From assembly GCA_023480925.1 (NCBI GenBank), contig JAMCWY010000010.1:11676-43675 (forward strand): a stretch of DNA of 32,000 bases. Direction: 5' to 3'. The DNA is from Patescibacteria group bacterium. GTDB taxonomy: Bacteria; Patescibacteriota; Minisyncoccia; UBA6257; HR35. Within the stretch, counting starts at the first letter, position 1. Every line of letters starts with the position of its first letter. The translations under genes were made by a program, and so were the position numbers. Of this stretch, positions 16,450 through 25,045 are shown in pieces. Under the pieces are notes generated by a model. That model had not been told where the DNA came from and ran no database searches. It saw nothing but the letters and a program-made list of their open reading frames with translations.

Positions 16450-17181
16450 TCATTTTTGGTCTTTAAACGCTTTAATAATCGGTTCAAGGCCGCCGGCCAT
16501 AATATTTTCAAGATTATGCCAAGATTTATTAATTCGGTGATCGGTAATTCGATTTTGAGGGAAGTTATAAGTTCTTATTTTTTCCGAACGTTCCTGATCG
16601 CCAATTTGATTTCGACGCTGATCAACCAAATTGCCAACGGTTTTTTCACGCTCCAACTGCCAAAGTTTCGCCTTTAACATTTCCATCGCGATCTCACGGT
16701 TACGCTGTTGAAACCGCTCGATTTGCGAAGAAACGATGATACCGCTCGGCCGATGAACAATTCGAACCGCTGTTTCAACTTTATTAACGTTTTGACCGCC
16801 ATGGCCGGAAGAGCGAAAAAAACTAATATCCAAATCAGAATCTCTGATTTGAATCGGCGAGTTGTCGGCCAGAGGCAAAATCGCGACCGAGGCGGTCGAG
16901 GTGTGAACCCGACCCGATCGTTCCGTCGTTGGAATCCTTTGAACGCGATGAACACCCGCTTCTTGCTTAATTAAATCAAAAGCGGCCGGACCGCTTATTT
17001 CCGCCTCGAGATTTTTTACGCCCTTCAAATCGCTCTGTTGATCTTCGGAAACTTTTACTCGCCACTTATTTTTTTCAAAAAAACGCAAATACATTCGCCA
17101 AAGATCGGCGGCAAAAAGCGAAGCCTCCTCGCCGCCAATGCCGGCCCGAATTTCAATAATAAACTTTTGGACCTCTTCCAT
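16450..17181 (-). CDS. prfA: Peptide chain release factor 1, short form lacking N-terminal domain 1
   Basis: GGQ motif SGHGGQNVNKVET and an RF1-type PxT tripeptide within HRVQRIPTTERSGRVHTS. The protein starts at the EIRAGIGGEEASLFAADLWRMY block, which lies about 105 aa into E. coli RF1. Confidence 0.85.
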   Translation of the reverse strand: MEEVQKFIIEIRAGIGGEEASLFAADLWRMYLRFFEKNKWRVKVSEDQQSDLKGVKNLEAEISGPAAFDLIKQEAGVHRVQRIPTTERSGRVHTSTASVAILPLADNSPIQIRDSDLDISFFRSSGHGGQNVNKVETAVRIVHRPSGIIVSSQIERFQQRNREIAMEMLKAKLWQLEREKTVGNLVDQRRNQIGDQERSEKIRTYNFPQNRITDHRINKSWHNLENIMAGGLEPIIKAFKDQK

Positions 17182-17219
17182 TTTTGAAGAAAATCTGCTA
17201 AAATTTAATTAGCCTGAGA

Positions 17220-17426
17220 TTATTTCGTTTGTTTCGCTTGCCTTTTTTTGAATTTTTCAACCTGGCCAAGAATAACTCGCCTTTCTTCTTTACCCGTAAA
17301 AACAGGCGAGCAATTTTTACAAACTTCAACTTCGATTATTTTTTTAGTTGAAGGAATCTGATAAGAAGCGCCGCAAACACACTTAACCGTGGCAAATTGA
17401 TAAACTGGATGAATTTTCTTTTTCAT
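17220..17426 (-). CDS. rpmE: 50S ribosomal protein L31 (Cys-containing type A)
   Basis: MKKKIHPVY...VKCVCG...VCKNCSPVFTGKE, with the CxC...CxxC zinc motif. Confidence 0.9.
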   Translation of the reverse strand: MKKKIHPVYQFATVKCVCGASYQIPSTKKIIEVEVCKNCSPVFTGKEERRVILGQVEKFKKRQAKQTK

Positions 17427-17528
17427 TGTTTTTAAAAAGTTTTTTAATCAATCAACCAAAAAAATTAATTATATTTATTGTATTTATTTATCGTATAATA
17501 TCAATATAGTATAACATAGAATCAGATA

Positions 17529-18371
17529 ATGGAGTCAGATCAAGAAACAAAAACCCAAGAAGAAACGGAAAACAGCGAACAAAAAAATCAGGAACGGCGC
17601 AATGAAAGTTTGTTCAAATTGATGCTAGCTAGCGGCGTTCACTACGGCCGAGCGAAACGGTTTACCCATCCATCGGTCAAAGAAAAGCTTTTGCCGAATC
17701 ATAAATCGAATATTGAAATTTTCGATCTTGGTCAGACCCTGAGCGCACTTGATCGAATCGCCGATCTCATTAATAAAATTATTGGCCAAGGTAAATCGAT
17801 TCTTTTTGTCGCGACCCAGCCAGCGGGCCAAGAAACGGTTAAAAAAATCGCGACCGAATTATCAATGCCATATCTTAATACTAAGTGGGTGGCCGGATTT
17901 TTGACCAATTTTGAAACGATTAAATCAAGATTGACTTATTTTAAGGATCTCAGCGCCAAAGCAGCCAACGGCGAAATCAATAATTACCCAATTAAAGAAG
18001 CAAAAAAAATGGAGCGAGAGCTGGAAAAAATGAAACAGATTTACGGCGGCGTCGCTACAATCGAAAAATTACCCGACTTCGTCTTTATCATCAACGTCAA
18101 TTATCCTTCCCACCGAACGGTTGTTCGAGAGGCGATTAAAACAAAAATACCAATTATCGCGATCGTCGGATCGGACAACAATATCGAGGTTTGTTTTGAC
18201 GCCATCAGCGCCAACGACAAGGCGCCTCGAAGCATCAATTTTATTATCGCTTATCTTCTCCGAAAACTCAAACCTCGATCAAATCAGTCGGAATTAAAAA
18301 TTGAAACCGAAACCGAATCGGAGCCAAACCAAAAATCTCAAATAACCGATTCAGACTCAACCACGGTCTAA
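17529..18371 (+). CDS. rpsB: 30S ribosomal protein S2 with acidic low-complexity N- and C-terminal extensions
   Basis: S2 core LMLASGVHYGRAKRFTHPS...ILFVATQP...PDFVFIINV...IPIIAIVGSDNN. A TTG at 17610 is an alternative start. Confidence 0.9.
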   Translation: MESDQETKTQEETENSEQKNQERRNESLFKLMLASGVHYGRAKRFTHPSVKEKLLPNHKSNIEIFDLGQTLSALDRIADLINKIIGQGKSILFVATQPAGQETVKKIATELSMPYLNTKWVAGFLTNFETIKSRLTYFKDLSAKAANGEINNYPIKEAKKMERELEKMKQIYGGVATIEKLPDFVFIINVNYPSHRTVVREAIKTKIPIIAIVGSDNNIEVCFDAISANDKAPRSINFIIAYLLRKLKPRSNQSELKIETETESEPNQKSQITDSDSTTV

Positions 18372-18393
18372 TTAAAATCAGCCAAATAATAAA

Positions 18394-18981
18394 ATGGATA
18401 AGAATTTAATTGATAAAATAAAAAGTTTGCGTGAAGAAACCGGCGCGCCGATTGGTCTGATCAAGGAAGCGCTCGAGCTGAACCAAAATGACTCGGAAAA
18501 AGCAAAACTATTTTTGATTAAAAAGGGTTCCGAGTTTTTAAGCAAAAAATCAGAGACGACCGCGACCAAAAGTTTAATCGAAGGGTATATTCACTTCAAC
18601 GGCAAAGTTGGCGCCCTGGTTGAACTTGGCGCCGAAACCGACTTCGTCACCAGAAACGACGATTTTAAAAAACTTGCCCACGAAATCGCCGTTCAAGTCG
18701 CGACAATGAACCCGGCTTATCTTAACCGCGATCAAATTCCAACCGATCTTCTGGAAAAAGAAAAAGAAAATTTTAAAGAAGAAATAAAAAATAAACCTAA
18801 AGACGTGGCCGAAAAAATCAATGCGGGCAAGCTCGAAAAATTCTTCGAAAATGTTTGCTTAATTGACCAACCTTATTTTAAAGACGAAAAACTTAAAATC
18901 AAAGATCTTGTCAGCCAAGCGGCGAATAAGTTTAAAGAAAAAATTGAAATTAAAAAATTCAGCCGTCTCAGCTCGACCTAA
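18394..18981 (+). CDS. tsf: Elongation factor Ts (short form)
   Basis: IKSLREETGAPIGLIKEALE (UBA-like N-terminus) and VELGAETDFVTRNDDFKKLAHEIAVQVA. It sits directly downstream of rpsB. Confidence 0.9.
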   Translation: MDKNLIDKIKSLREETGAPIGLIKEALELNQNDSEKAKLFLIKKGSEFLSKKSETTATKSLIEGYIHFNGKVGALVELGAETDFVTRNDDFKKLAHEIAVQVATMNPAYLNRDQIPTDLLEKEKENFKEEIKNKPKDVAEKINAGKLEKFFENVCLIDQPYFKDEKLKIKDLVSQAANKFKEKIEIKKFSRLSST

Positions 18982-18994
18982 ACCAAACAAACGG

Positions 18995-19348
18995 ATGATC
19001 AGTTCCGACAATATTACCATTTTTTTACCGCTCCTAACTCTTTTAATTTTTGGCCTAATCGTTTTTTTTATCGCCAAAAAATCAAAAACGGTTCAACTCC
19101 GAGGTTATGATTATCTCTGGTTTAATAACTTCCAAGCGAAATTGCAAAAAAAAGCTCGGCGTTTAAACTTGAACAAAAAATTTTATTCTCTTCAAAAAAC
19201 TTACCGCGGCCTTTCGAAAAAATTTTTGTTGAAAATGAGAATCGAAGCCTTGCGCGTTCAGGTTTGGGCGGACAAAAAATTGGAAAAAGCTAAAAACAAC
19301 AAAAGCGAAACAGCTGGAACAAACGATACAAACAAACAAACAAACTAA
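18995..19348 (+). CDS. Membrane-anchored basic protein, unknown function
   Basis: Internal ATG at 18995 of listed ORF 18863..19348 gives MISSDNITIFLPLLTLLIFGLIVFFIAKK... The 5' part of the listed ORF overlaps the tsf coding sequence and is discounted. Confidence 0.5.
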   Translation: MISSDNITIFLPLLTLLIFGLIVFFIAKKSKTVQLRGYDYLWFNNFQAKLQKKARRLNLNKKFYSLQKTYRGLSKKFLLKMRIEALRVQVWADKKLEKAKNNKSETAGTNDTNKQTN

Positions 19349-19443
19349 AAATAAACCTATAATCGCTTAAAATAAAATAATTAAGACGGCGCCAGTAAAA
19401 AATCAACCACTTTTTTAGTGACCGTTCGACCAAACAAAAAGCG

Positions 19444-19519
19444 GCCGACCTAGCTTAATTGGCAGAGCAACGGTTTTGTAAACCGTAGGTTCGGGGTCCG
19501 ATTCCCCGGGTCGGCTCCA
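19444..19519 (+). tRNA. tRNA-Thr (anticodon UGU), CCA encoded
   Basis: Hand-folded cloverleaf: acceptor GCCGACC/GGTCGGC, D stem GCTT/GAGC, anticodon stem ACGGT/ACCGT with loop TTTGTAA, and T stem CGGGG/CCCCG. The T loop reads TCCGATT. Confidence 0.9.
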
Positions 19520-19527
19520 GATAAAAA

Positions 19528-20118
19528 ATGATTCGAACAAAAAGTTTTACTTTAATCGAAATTATTATTGTTTTAACGATTATCGCCGCCCTCATTGGCG
19601 TTTTAATTTTAGTTCTCAACCCTCAAAACACACTTAGGGCGAGTAATGATTTAAAACGTCAGAGCGATTTGAAAAACTTAAATTTGGCAATCAGTTTGGT
19701 TTTAGCGAAAGGATTCGGTGTCGGATCGCCCAATATTGTTTATACTTCCTTACCCGACAGTTCCGCCACTTGTTCAACTTGGATTAGCCAGGGCTTGTTA
19801 TCAAATTTGCCCTCGGGCTGGGTTTATCACTGTTCGGCCTCAACCACTTATCAAAATATTGACGGCACCGGTTGGTTGCCGATCAACTTTCGCGGCGATG
19901 GTTTAAATAGTTTTAACATTTTACCCATCGACCCGACTAATAATCCACCTTACTACTATACTTATTACGCCTCGTCATCGCAATACGAACTCATAGCTCT
20001 TTTTCAAGATCCAAATAATATTGGCCCAAACTCGATCTCAGGCACAGACGGCGGTTTAAGCAGTACTTATTATGAAATTGGCAACAATTTAACTTTAAGC
20101 GAACAAGCGCCACGATAA
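19528..20118 (+). CDS. Type IV pilin / pseudopilin-like protein (prepilin N-terminal methylation-type helix)
   Basis: MIRTKS-FTLIEIIIVLTIIAALIGVLILV is the class III signal/FTLIE motif, but Ser replaces Gly at position -1. The C-terminal region is globular. Confidence 0.8.
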   Translation: MIRTKSFTLIEIIIVLTIIAALIGVLILVLNPQNTLRASNDLKRQSDLKNLNLAISLVLAKGFGVGSPNIVYTSLPDSSATCSTWISQGLLSNLPSGWVYHCSASTTYQNIDGTGWLPINFRGDGLNSFNILPIDPTNNPPYYYTYYASSSQYELIALFQDPNNIGPNSISGTDGGLSSTYYEIGNNLTLSEQAPR

Positions 20119-20363
20119 TTAGAACCTTAAGTGATGTAAACGCTTACAACAACCAAAATCTGGTTGCCTACTGGCCCCTTGATGGCAACTCGACTGACGC
20201 GTCCGGTAATAATAATAACGGCCCTGATTATAATGTTATTTACGGTACTCAATATGGCCACATTTTTGAAGGAGCTAATTTCAACGGCTCGAATAGCAAG
20301 ATACAAGGTAATACTAGTAACTCTTTAGGAACGATTACTGGTAATTTTACCATTAGTCTTTGG

Positions 20364-20762
20364 ATGGAAAGAACCGGTAACGGAAGTCTAGATTGGGATA
20401 ATATTGTCCAAACAGGCAGTTACACAAATAACACTGGTTTCGGGGTTTGGATGACACCTACAGGTCCTATGCAGTGGCGAATGGGTAGTTCGTATAATCA
20501 TGGAACAAATTATACGTCACCGCTTAATCAGTGGATTTATTTTTCTATTGTGTATAATGGCGCTGCTGTTAGCGCTTATGCCAATGGCGGACTTGTTAAT
20601 ACAACCGCTTGGAAGACTAATCCAAATATCGCCTCGGTTTTTACTATCGGCAGAAGATACGTGTATACCGACGCGTATATGGGCAATCTTGACGATATTC
20701 GGATTTATAACCGAGCCTTAACCGCGGCTGAGATTTCCGCCATATATACCGCGACAAAATAA
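20364..20762 (+). CDS. LamG (concanavalin A-like lectin) domain; listed ATG is internal to the domain, homology continues upstream in frame to about 20121
   Basis: C-terminal hallmark MGNLDDIRIYNRALTAAEISAIY. In the same frame upstream: NLVAYWPLDGNSTDASGNNNNG...GNFTISLWM. There is no ATG, GTG or TTG between the TGA at 20073-20075 and 20364. Confidence 0.65.
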   Translation: MERTGNGSLDWDNIVQTGSYTNNTGFGVWMTPTGPMQWRMGSSYNHGTNYTSPLNQWIYFSIVYNGAAVSAYANGGLVNTTAWKTNPNIASVFTIGRRYVYTDAYMGNLDDIRIYNRALTAAEISAIYTATK

Positions 20763-21009
20763 AAATTTATAATTGTTTGATTTCAACGCGGTTTTCGAAA
20801 ATGGCCTTGTTAAATTAACAAAAATTATTCAAACCGGAGCAAGAGATGAATCGACTATTTCTAATCGTGTCGATTTGGATAAGAACCGGCGCCGGAAAGA
20901 AAATCCTGGCCAATTCAAAGTAAAACTAATTTAAAGTTATTAGTTTGGTTTTAAACTCTATTTTTATCGAAAACTTCATGAAAATAAGCTTGGACTTAAA
21001 ATTTTACTT

Positions 21010-21038
21010 TTGACATTTGCTCTTAGATTTTTTATAAT
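21010..21038 (+). promoter_or_regulatory. Consensus sigma70 promoter of clpB, TTGACA-17 nt-TATAAT
   Basis: TTGACA at 21010-21015 and TATAAT at 21033-21038 with an exact 17-nt spacer. Confidence 0.7.
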
Positions 21039-21065
21039 ATAGGTGTAAATTAAAGCTAAATAAAA

Positions 21066-23675
21066 ATGTTTCCATTTAATCGTTTTACCTTAAAAGCCCA
21101 AGAGGCGCTTCAACGCGCCCAAGACGAAGCTTTAAAACTTCACCACACCGAGATTCGTGCTCTTCACATCCTTTGGGGAATCCTGACCGAAGACGAAACT
21201 ATTCTAACCGACCTTTTTAAAGAAATTCAAGTTGATCAGGGCTATCTGATCAAGGTCGTCGAAGAAGAGCTTAATCGAATTCCAAAAATTTTTTCAACTA
21301 ATTCCAACGCCGCTCAGATTTATCTCGCTCAGGAGACTTTCCAAATCTTAGACCAAGCCGCGATCGCCTCGCGTAAATTCAACGACGAGTTTATTTCGGT
21401 TGAGCACGTCTTAATTGCCTTAACCGAGTTACGTTCATCCGCCCGTTACCTTTTGGAACGTTTTGGTGTCAGCAACGAAAGGATCGGCCGCGTTTTAAAT
21501 CAAATCAGAAAAGGTCAGCATATCACCGACGAAGTCCCGGAAACAAAACATAAAACTTTGGAAAAATATAGTTCCAACTTAACTCAATTGGCGCGTGAAA
21601 AAAAACTCGATCCGATTATCGGCCGCGATCAAGAAATTAGACGAATCATTGAAATTCTTTCGCGTCGAACAAAAAATAATCCGATCTTAATCGGCGAAGC
21701 CGGCGTTGGCAAAACGGCGATCGTCGAAGGTTTGGCTCAGAAAATTATCGCGGAAGAGGTTCCGGATTCAATTAAAAACAAAGAAATAATTTCTTTAGAC
21801 CTTGGCGCTTTAATTGCCGGCGCGAAATATCGAGGCGAATTTGAAGATCGACTCAAAGCCGTCTTAAAAGAAATCAGACTTAATCCCGGCAAATTTGTTG
21901 TCTTTATCGATGAAGCCCACACTCTGGTTGGCGCCGGCGCGGCTGAGGGCGCGATTGACGCCGCCAACCTGCTTAAACCCGCCTTAACCAAGGGCGAATT
22001 TCAAGTTATTGGCGCGACAACCTTGCGCGATTATAAAATTAATTTTGAAAAAGACACGGCCTTAGTCAGGAGATTTCAACCAATCTTGGTCGAAGAGCCG
22101 TCGGCCGAAGACACGATCGCGATCCTGCGCGGCTTAAAAGAAAAATATGAAATTCACCATGGCTTGCGAATCACCGACGGCGCCATCGTCAAGGCGGTTG
22201 AACTTTCCATTCGTTATATTACCGATCGATTTTTACCCGACAAAGCAATCGATTTAATCGACGAAGCCGCCGCCTCGCTTCGATTGGAAACGGAAAGTTT
22301 GCCTCAAGAATTGGAAGAACTTAAAAAAGAAATCAGAAAATTGGAAATCGAGAGGGAAGTCGTTTTAAAAGAAAACAGCTCTAATTCAAAATTGAAGGCA
22401 ACTGAAATGAAATTGAAAAAATTAAAAAAGGACGAAACAAAACTAATTAACAGCTGGACATCGGAAAAAGAAATAAAAAATCATTATCACTCGCTTAAAA
22501 AGAAAATTGAATTTCTTCAAACTGAAGCGGCCGAAGCGGAGAAAGCTGGTGACCTGGCCAAAGTCGCGGAAATCACTTACGGCGAAATTCCTCAGATTAA
22601 AAAAGAATTAAAAACCCTGGACGAAAAAAGCGATAAAGACAAGACTCGTTTGATTAAAGAAGAAGTCACGGCCGAATCAATTTCCGATGTCGTCTCCCGC
22701 TGGACCGGCATTCCGGTCTCAAAAATTATGGAGGGCGAAGCGGCAAAACTGCTCCAAGCCGAAAAAATTATCGGCAACCGCGTCATTGGCCAAGAAGAAG
22801 CGACTAAGGCAATCGCCAACGCTCTTCGCCGCGCTCGAGCCGGCTTGGCCGAGGAAACAAAACCAATTGCTTCGTTTATTTTTCTTGGCCCGACTGGGGT
22901 GGGCAAAACCGAATCCGCTCGAACGCTGGCCGAGTTTATGTTTGACGATGAAAAAAATATGGTTCGATTCGATATGTCCGAATTTATGGAATCCCATTCC
23001 GTTTCCAAATTAATCGGCTCGCCGCCCGGTTATGTCGGTTACGAAGAAGGCGGTCAGTTAACCGAAGCGGTCAAGCACCGGCCTTACAGTCTTGTTCTTT
23101 TTGACGAAATTGAAAAAGCTCATCCGGAAGTTTTTAATCTTCTTCTTCAAATTCTTGACGATGGCCGATTGACCGACGCCCGAGGTTTTACTGTAAGCTT
23201 TCGCAATACCATTATTATTATGACTTCAAATGTCGGCAGCCATTACTTCCATAAGATCGGTTCGATTGGATTTAACCGCGAGGGCGAAAAAGTTTTTGAG
23301 AATTTCAAAGACCGCGCGATGAAATCATTAAAAGAATTATTTAAGCCTGAGTTTCTTAATCGGATTGATGAAATTATCGTCTTTAAACCACTGACTCAAA
23401 CCGAACTGGAAAAAATTGTTCATCTTCAACTCCGCCGGGTTGAAGAGAAACTTGAAAGCAAAGGTTTGAAGATTCAATTTAGCCATGATGTTTATAAAAT
23501 TTTGGTTGAAAAAGGATTCGACTCGGAATATGGCGCTCGACCGCTTAAACGGTGGATTCAAAAATTAATCCTTGATCCGCTTTCCCAAAATTTAATCGCC
23601 AATCGCCTGAAAAAGGGTCAAAAATTAGTAATTAAAAAAATTGGTCAAGAACTTGAATTTATTAACCAAAAATGA
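21066..23675 (+). CDS. clpB: ATP-dependent chaperone ClpB
   Basis: Clp_N repeats, two AAA+ modules ([15 protein letters not shown] and [15 protein letters not shown]) and a long coiled-coil middle domain between them. Confidence 0.95.
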   Translation: MFPFNRFTLKAQEALQRAQDEALKLHHTEIRALHILWGILTEDETILTDLFKEIQVDQGYLIKVVEEELNRIPKIFSTNSNAAQIYLAQETFQILDQAAIASRKFNDEFISVEHVLIALTELRSSARYLLERFGVSNERIGRVLNQIRKGQHITDEVPETKHKTLEKYSSNLTQLAREKKLDPIIGRDQEIRRIIEILSRRTKNNPILIGEAGVGKTAIVEGLAQKIIAEEVPDSIKNKEIISLDLGALIAGAKYRGEFEDRLKAVLKEIRLNPGKFVVFIDEAHTLVGAGAAEGAIDAANLLKPALTKGEFQVIGATTLRDYKINFEKDTALVRRFQPILVEEPSAEDTIAILRGLKEKYEIHHGLRITDGAIVKAVELSIRYITDRFLPDKAIDLIDEAAASLRLETESLPQELEELKKEIRKLEIEREVVLKENSSNSKLKATEMKLKKLKKDETKLINSWTSEKEIKNHYHSLKKKIEFLQTEAAEAEKAGDLAKVAEITYGEIPQIKKELKTLDEKSDKDKTRLIKEEVTAESISDVVSRWTGIPVSKIMEGEAAKLLQAEKIIGNRVIGQEEATKAIANALRRARAGLAEETKPIASFIFLGPTGVGKTESARTLAEFMFDDEKNMVRFDMSEFMESHSVSKLIGSPPGYVGYEEGGQLTEAVKHRPYSLVLFDEIEKAHPEVFNLLLQILDDGRLTDARGFTVSFRNTIIIMTSNVGSHYFHKIGSIGFNREGEKVFENFKDRAMKSLKELFKPEFLNRIDEIIVFKPLTQTELEKIVHLQLRRVEEKLESKGLKIQFSHDVYKILVEKGFDSEYGARPLKRWIQKLILDPLSQNLIANRLKKGQKLVIKKIGQELEFINQK

Positions 23676-23866
23676 TCGGAAAAATTAAAAATTATTTCAA
23701 AGAATCAATCAGTGAGTTGAGAAAAGTCAATTGGCTGACAAAAAACGAAACGATCCAAATGACGATCGAGGTAATCATGTTTTCTTTGTTTTTTGCCGCC
23801 GCCTATGGTTTAGTTGATTTTCTTCTAATTAAAGGAATTTTCGCCTTGAATTTTATCAAGTCCTAA
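23672..23866 (+). CDS. secE: Preprotein translocase subunit SecE
   Basis: ELRKVNWLTKNETIQMTIEVIMFSLFFAAAYGLVDFLL. Its ATG overlaps the clpB stop (ATGA), and it sits upstream of nusG-rplK. Confidence 0.85.
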   Translation: MIGKIKNYFKESISELRKVNWLTKNETIQMTIEVIMFSLFFAAAYGLVDFLLIKGIFALNFIKS

Positions 23867-23879
23867 AATTGAATTAAGC

Positions 23880-23908
23880 TTGAATATTTGGTTTAATTGT
23901 GATATAAT
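23880..23908 (+). promoter_or_regulatory. Promoter, TTGAAT-17 nt-TATAAT with extended -10 (TGATATAAT)
   Basis: TTGAAT at 23880-23885 and TGATATAAT at 23900-23908. The leader to nusG is about 95 nt. Confidence 0.6.
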
Positions 23909-24007
23909 TTAAAAACAGTTGGTTTTAACTAATTGATCAAAATCGCCGAGAACCAAAGTTTAATTTTGTCTTTACTGATTTTAAATTAATTAAATTTATT
24001 GTTAAAA

Positions 24008-24553
24008 ATGTCAAGACAAAAATTATTTTTAGGTCGAGCTTGGTATGGTATCCACACCGTCGCCGGATTTGAAGAAATCGTGGCTAACTCGATCTTAAAA
24101 CGATCGGAAGCTTTCGATATGCAAGATAAAATATTGAATGTTTTAGTGCCAAAAGAAAAAGTCTGGGAAGTCAAAGCCGGTAAAAGATATTTGGTTGAAA
24201 AAAAAATGTATCCCGGTTATGTTTTTATCGATATGGTCGTAACGGACAACTCTTGGTACATTATCCGCAATACGCCCAAGGTAACCGGTTTTGTTGGTTC
24301 AGGTACAACGCCGATTCCGCTTGATAAAAATGAAATAGACGAAATCCTAAAAAGAATGGGACAAGAAGAGCCAATGATCGAAACAAATTTGAAAATCGGC
24401 GAGTTAGTTGGCATTAACCACGGCGTCTTTAAGGGCATGCAAGGTAAAATTATCGATATTGATCGAGAAAAAGGCCGGCTCAAGGTCGTCTTGACGATTT
24501 TTAATCGGGAAACACCGGTTGAAGTCGATATTTCTCAAATTAAAAAAATTTAA
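24008..24553 (+). CDS. nusG: Transcription termination/antitermination factor NusG
   Basis: NGN domain WYGIHTVAGFEEIV...YPGYVFIDM and KOW motif IGELVGINHGVFKGMQGKIIDID. A TTG at 23999 is an alternative start. Confidence 0.9.
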   Translation: MSRQKLFLGRAWYGIHTVAGFEEIVANSILKRSEAFDMQDKILNVLVPKEKVWEVKAGKRYLVEKKMYPGYVFIDMVVTDNSWYIIRNTPKVTGFVGSGTTPIPLDKNEIDEILKRMGQEEPMIETNLKIGELVGINHGVFKGMQGKIIDIDREKGRLKVVLTIFNRETPVEVDISQIKKI

Positions 24554-24555
24554 CG

Positions 24556-24984
24556 ATGAAAGAGATTAAAAAGATTGTTAATTTAATTGTCAGCGGCGGC
24601 GAAGCGACATCGGCGCCGCCAATCGGGCCAACCCTGGCTCAAGCGGGCATCAATATCCAAGAATTCTGCTCTCATTTCAACGACTTAACCAAAGACCAAA
24701 AGGGCGTTAAGTTGCCTGTTGTTATCACCGCTTACGAAGATCGAACGTTTGAATTTATCGTCAAGAAACCGCCAATCTCATACTTACTCAAAAAATATCT
24801 CAATCTCGAAAAGGGCGCGAAAGAAAGTGGCAAAGAGACGGTCGCGAAAATATCGCTTGACCAAATCAAGAAAATCGCCGAAGAAAAAATGTCTGATCTT
24901 AATACTAATAATCTCGAACAAGCGATCAAAATTGTTTCAGGCACGGCCAGATCTATGGGTATCGCAGTTGAAAATAAACAATAA
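24556..24984 (+). CDS. rplK: 50S ribosomal protein L11
   Basis: GGEATSAPPIGPTLAQAGINIQEFCSHFND...ITAYEDRTFEFIVKKPP. Confidence 0.95.
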   Translation: MKEIKKIVNLIVSGGEATSAPPIGPTLAQAGINIQEFCSHFNDLTKDQKGVKLPVVITAYEDRTFEFIVKKPPISYLLKKYLNLEKGAKESGKETVAKISLDQIKKIAEEKMSDLNTNNLEQAIKIVSGTARSMGIAVENKQ

Positions 24985-25045
24985 AATTAATTGAGATTAA
25001 TCAAGCGAATAAAATTAACTTAATCAACTCAAAAAATATTTGATT

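Noticed and set aside
18863-18994. 5' extension of ORF 18863..19348, overlapping the 3' end of tsf
   Set aside because: It overlaps the EF-Ts coding sequence in another frame and translates to a Lys/Leu low-complexity string. The internal ATG at 18995, just after the tsf stop, is the plausible start.
20940-21065. Heat-shock operator (CIRCE or HAIR) at the clpB promoter
   Set aside because: No TTAGCACTC-N9-GAGTGCTAA-like or other inverted repeat flanks the consensus TTGACA-17-TATAAT promoter.
21737-23561. Several antisense or alternative-frame ORFs inside clpB (21737..21991, 22592..23008, 22687..23013, 22719..22997, 23337..23561)
   Set aside because: They are all nested within a strongly supported conserved gene. 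Their compositions are Ser/Arg/Ala-rich, as is typical of off-frame translation. Similar nested ORFs occur in glyA, prfA, murT, gatB and the 11404 gene, and I rejected them for the same reason.
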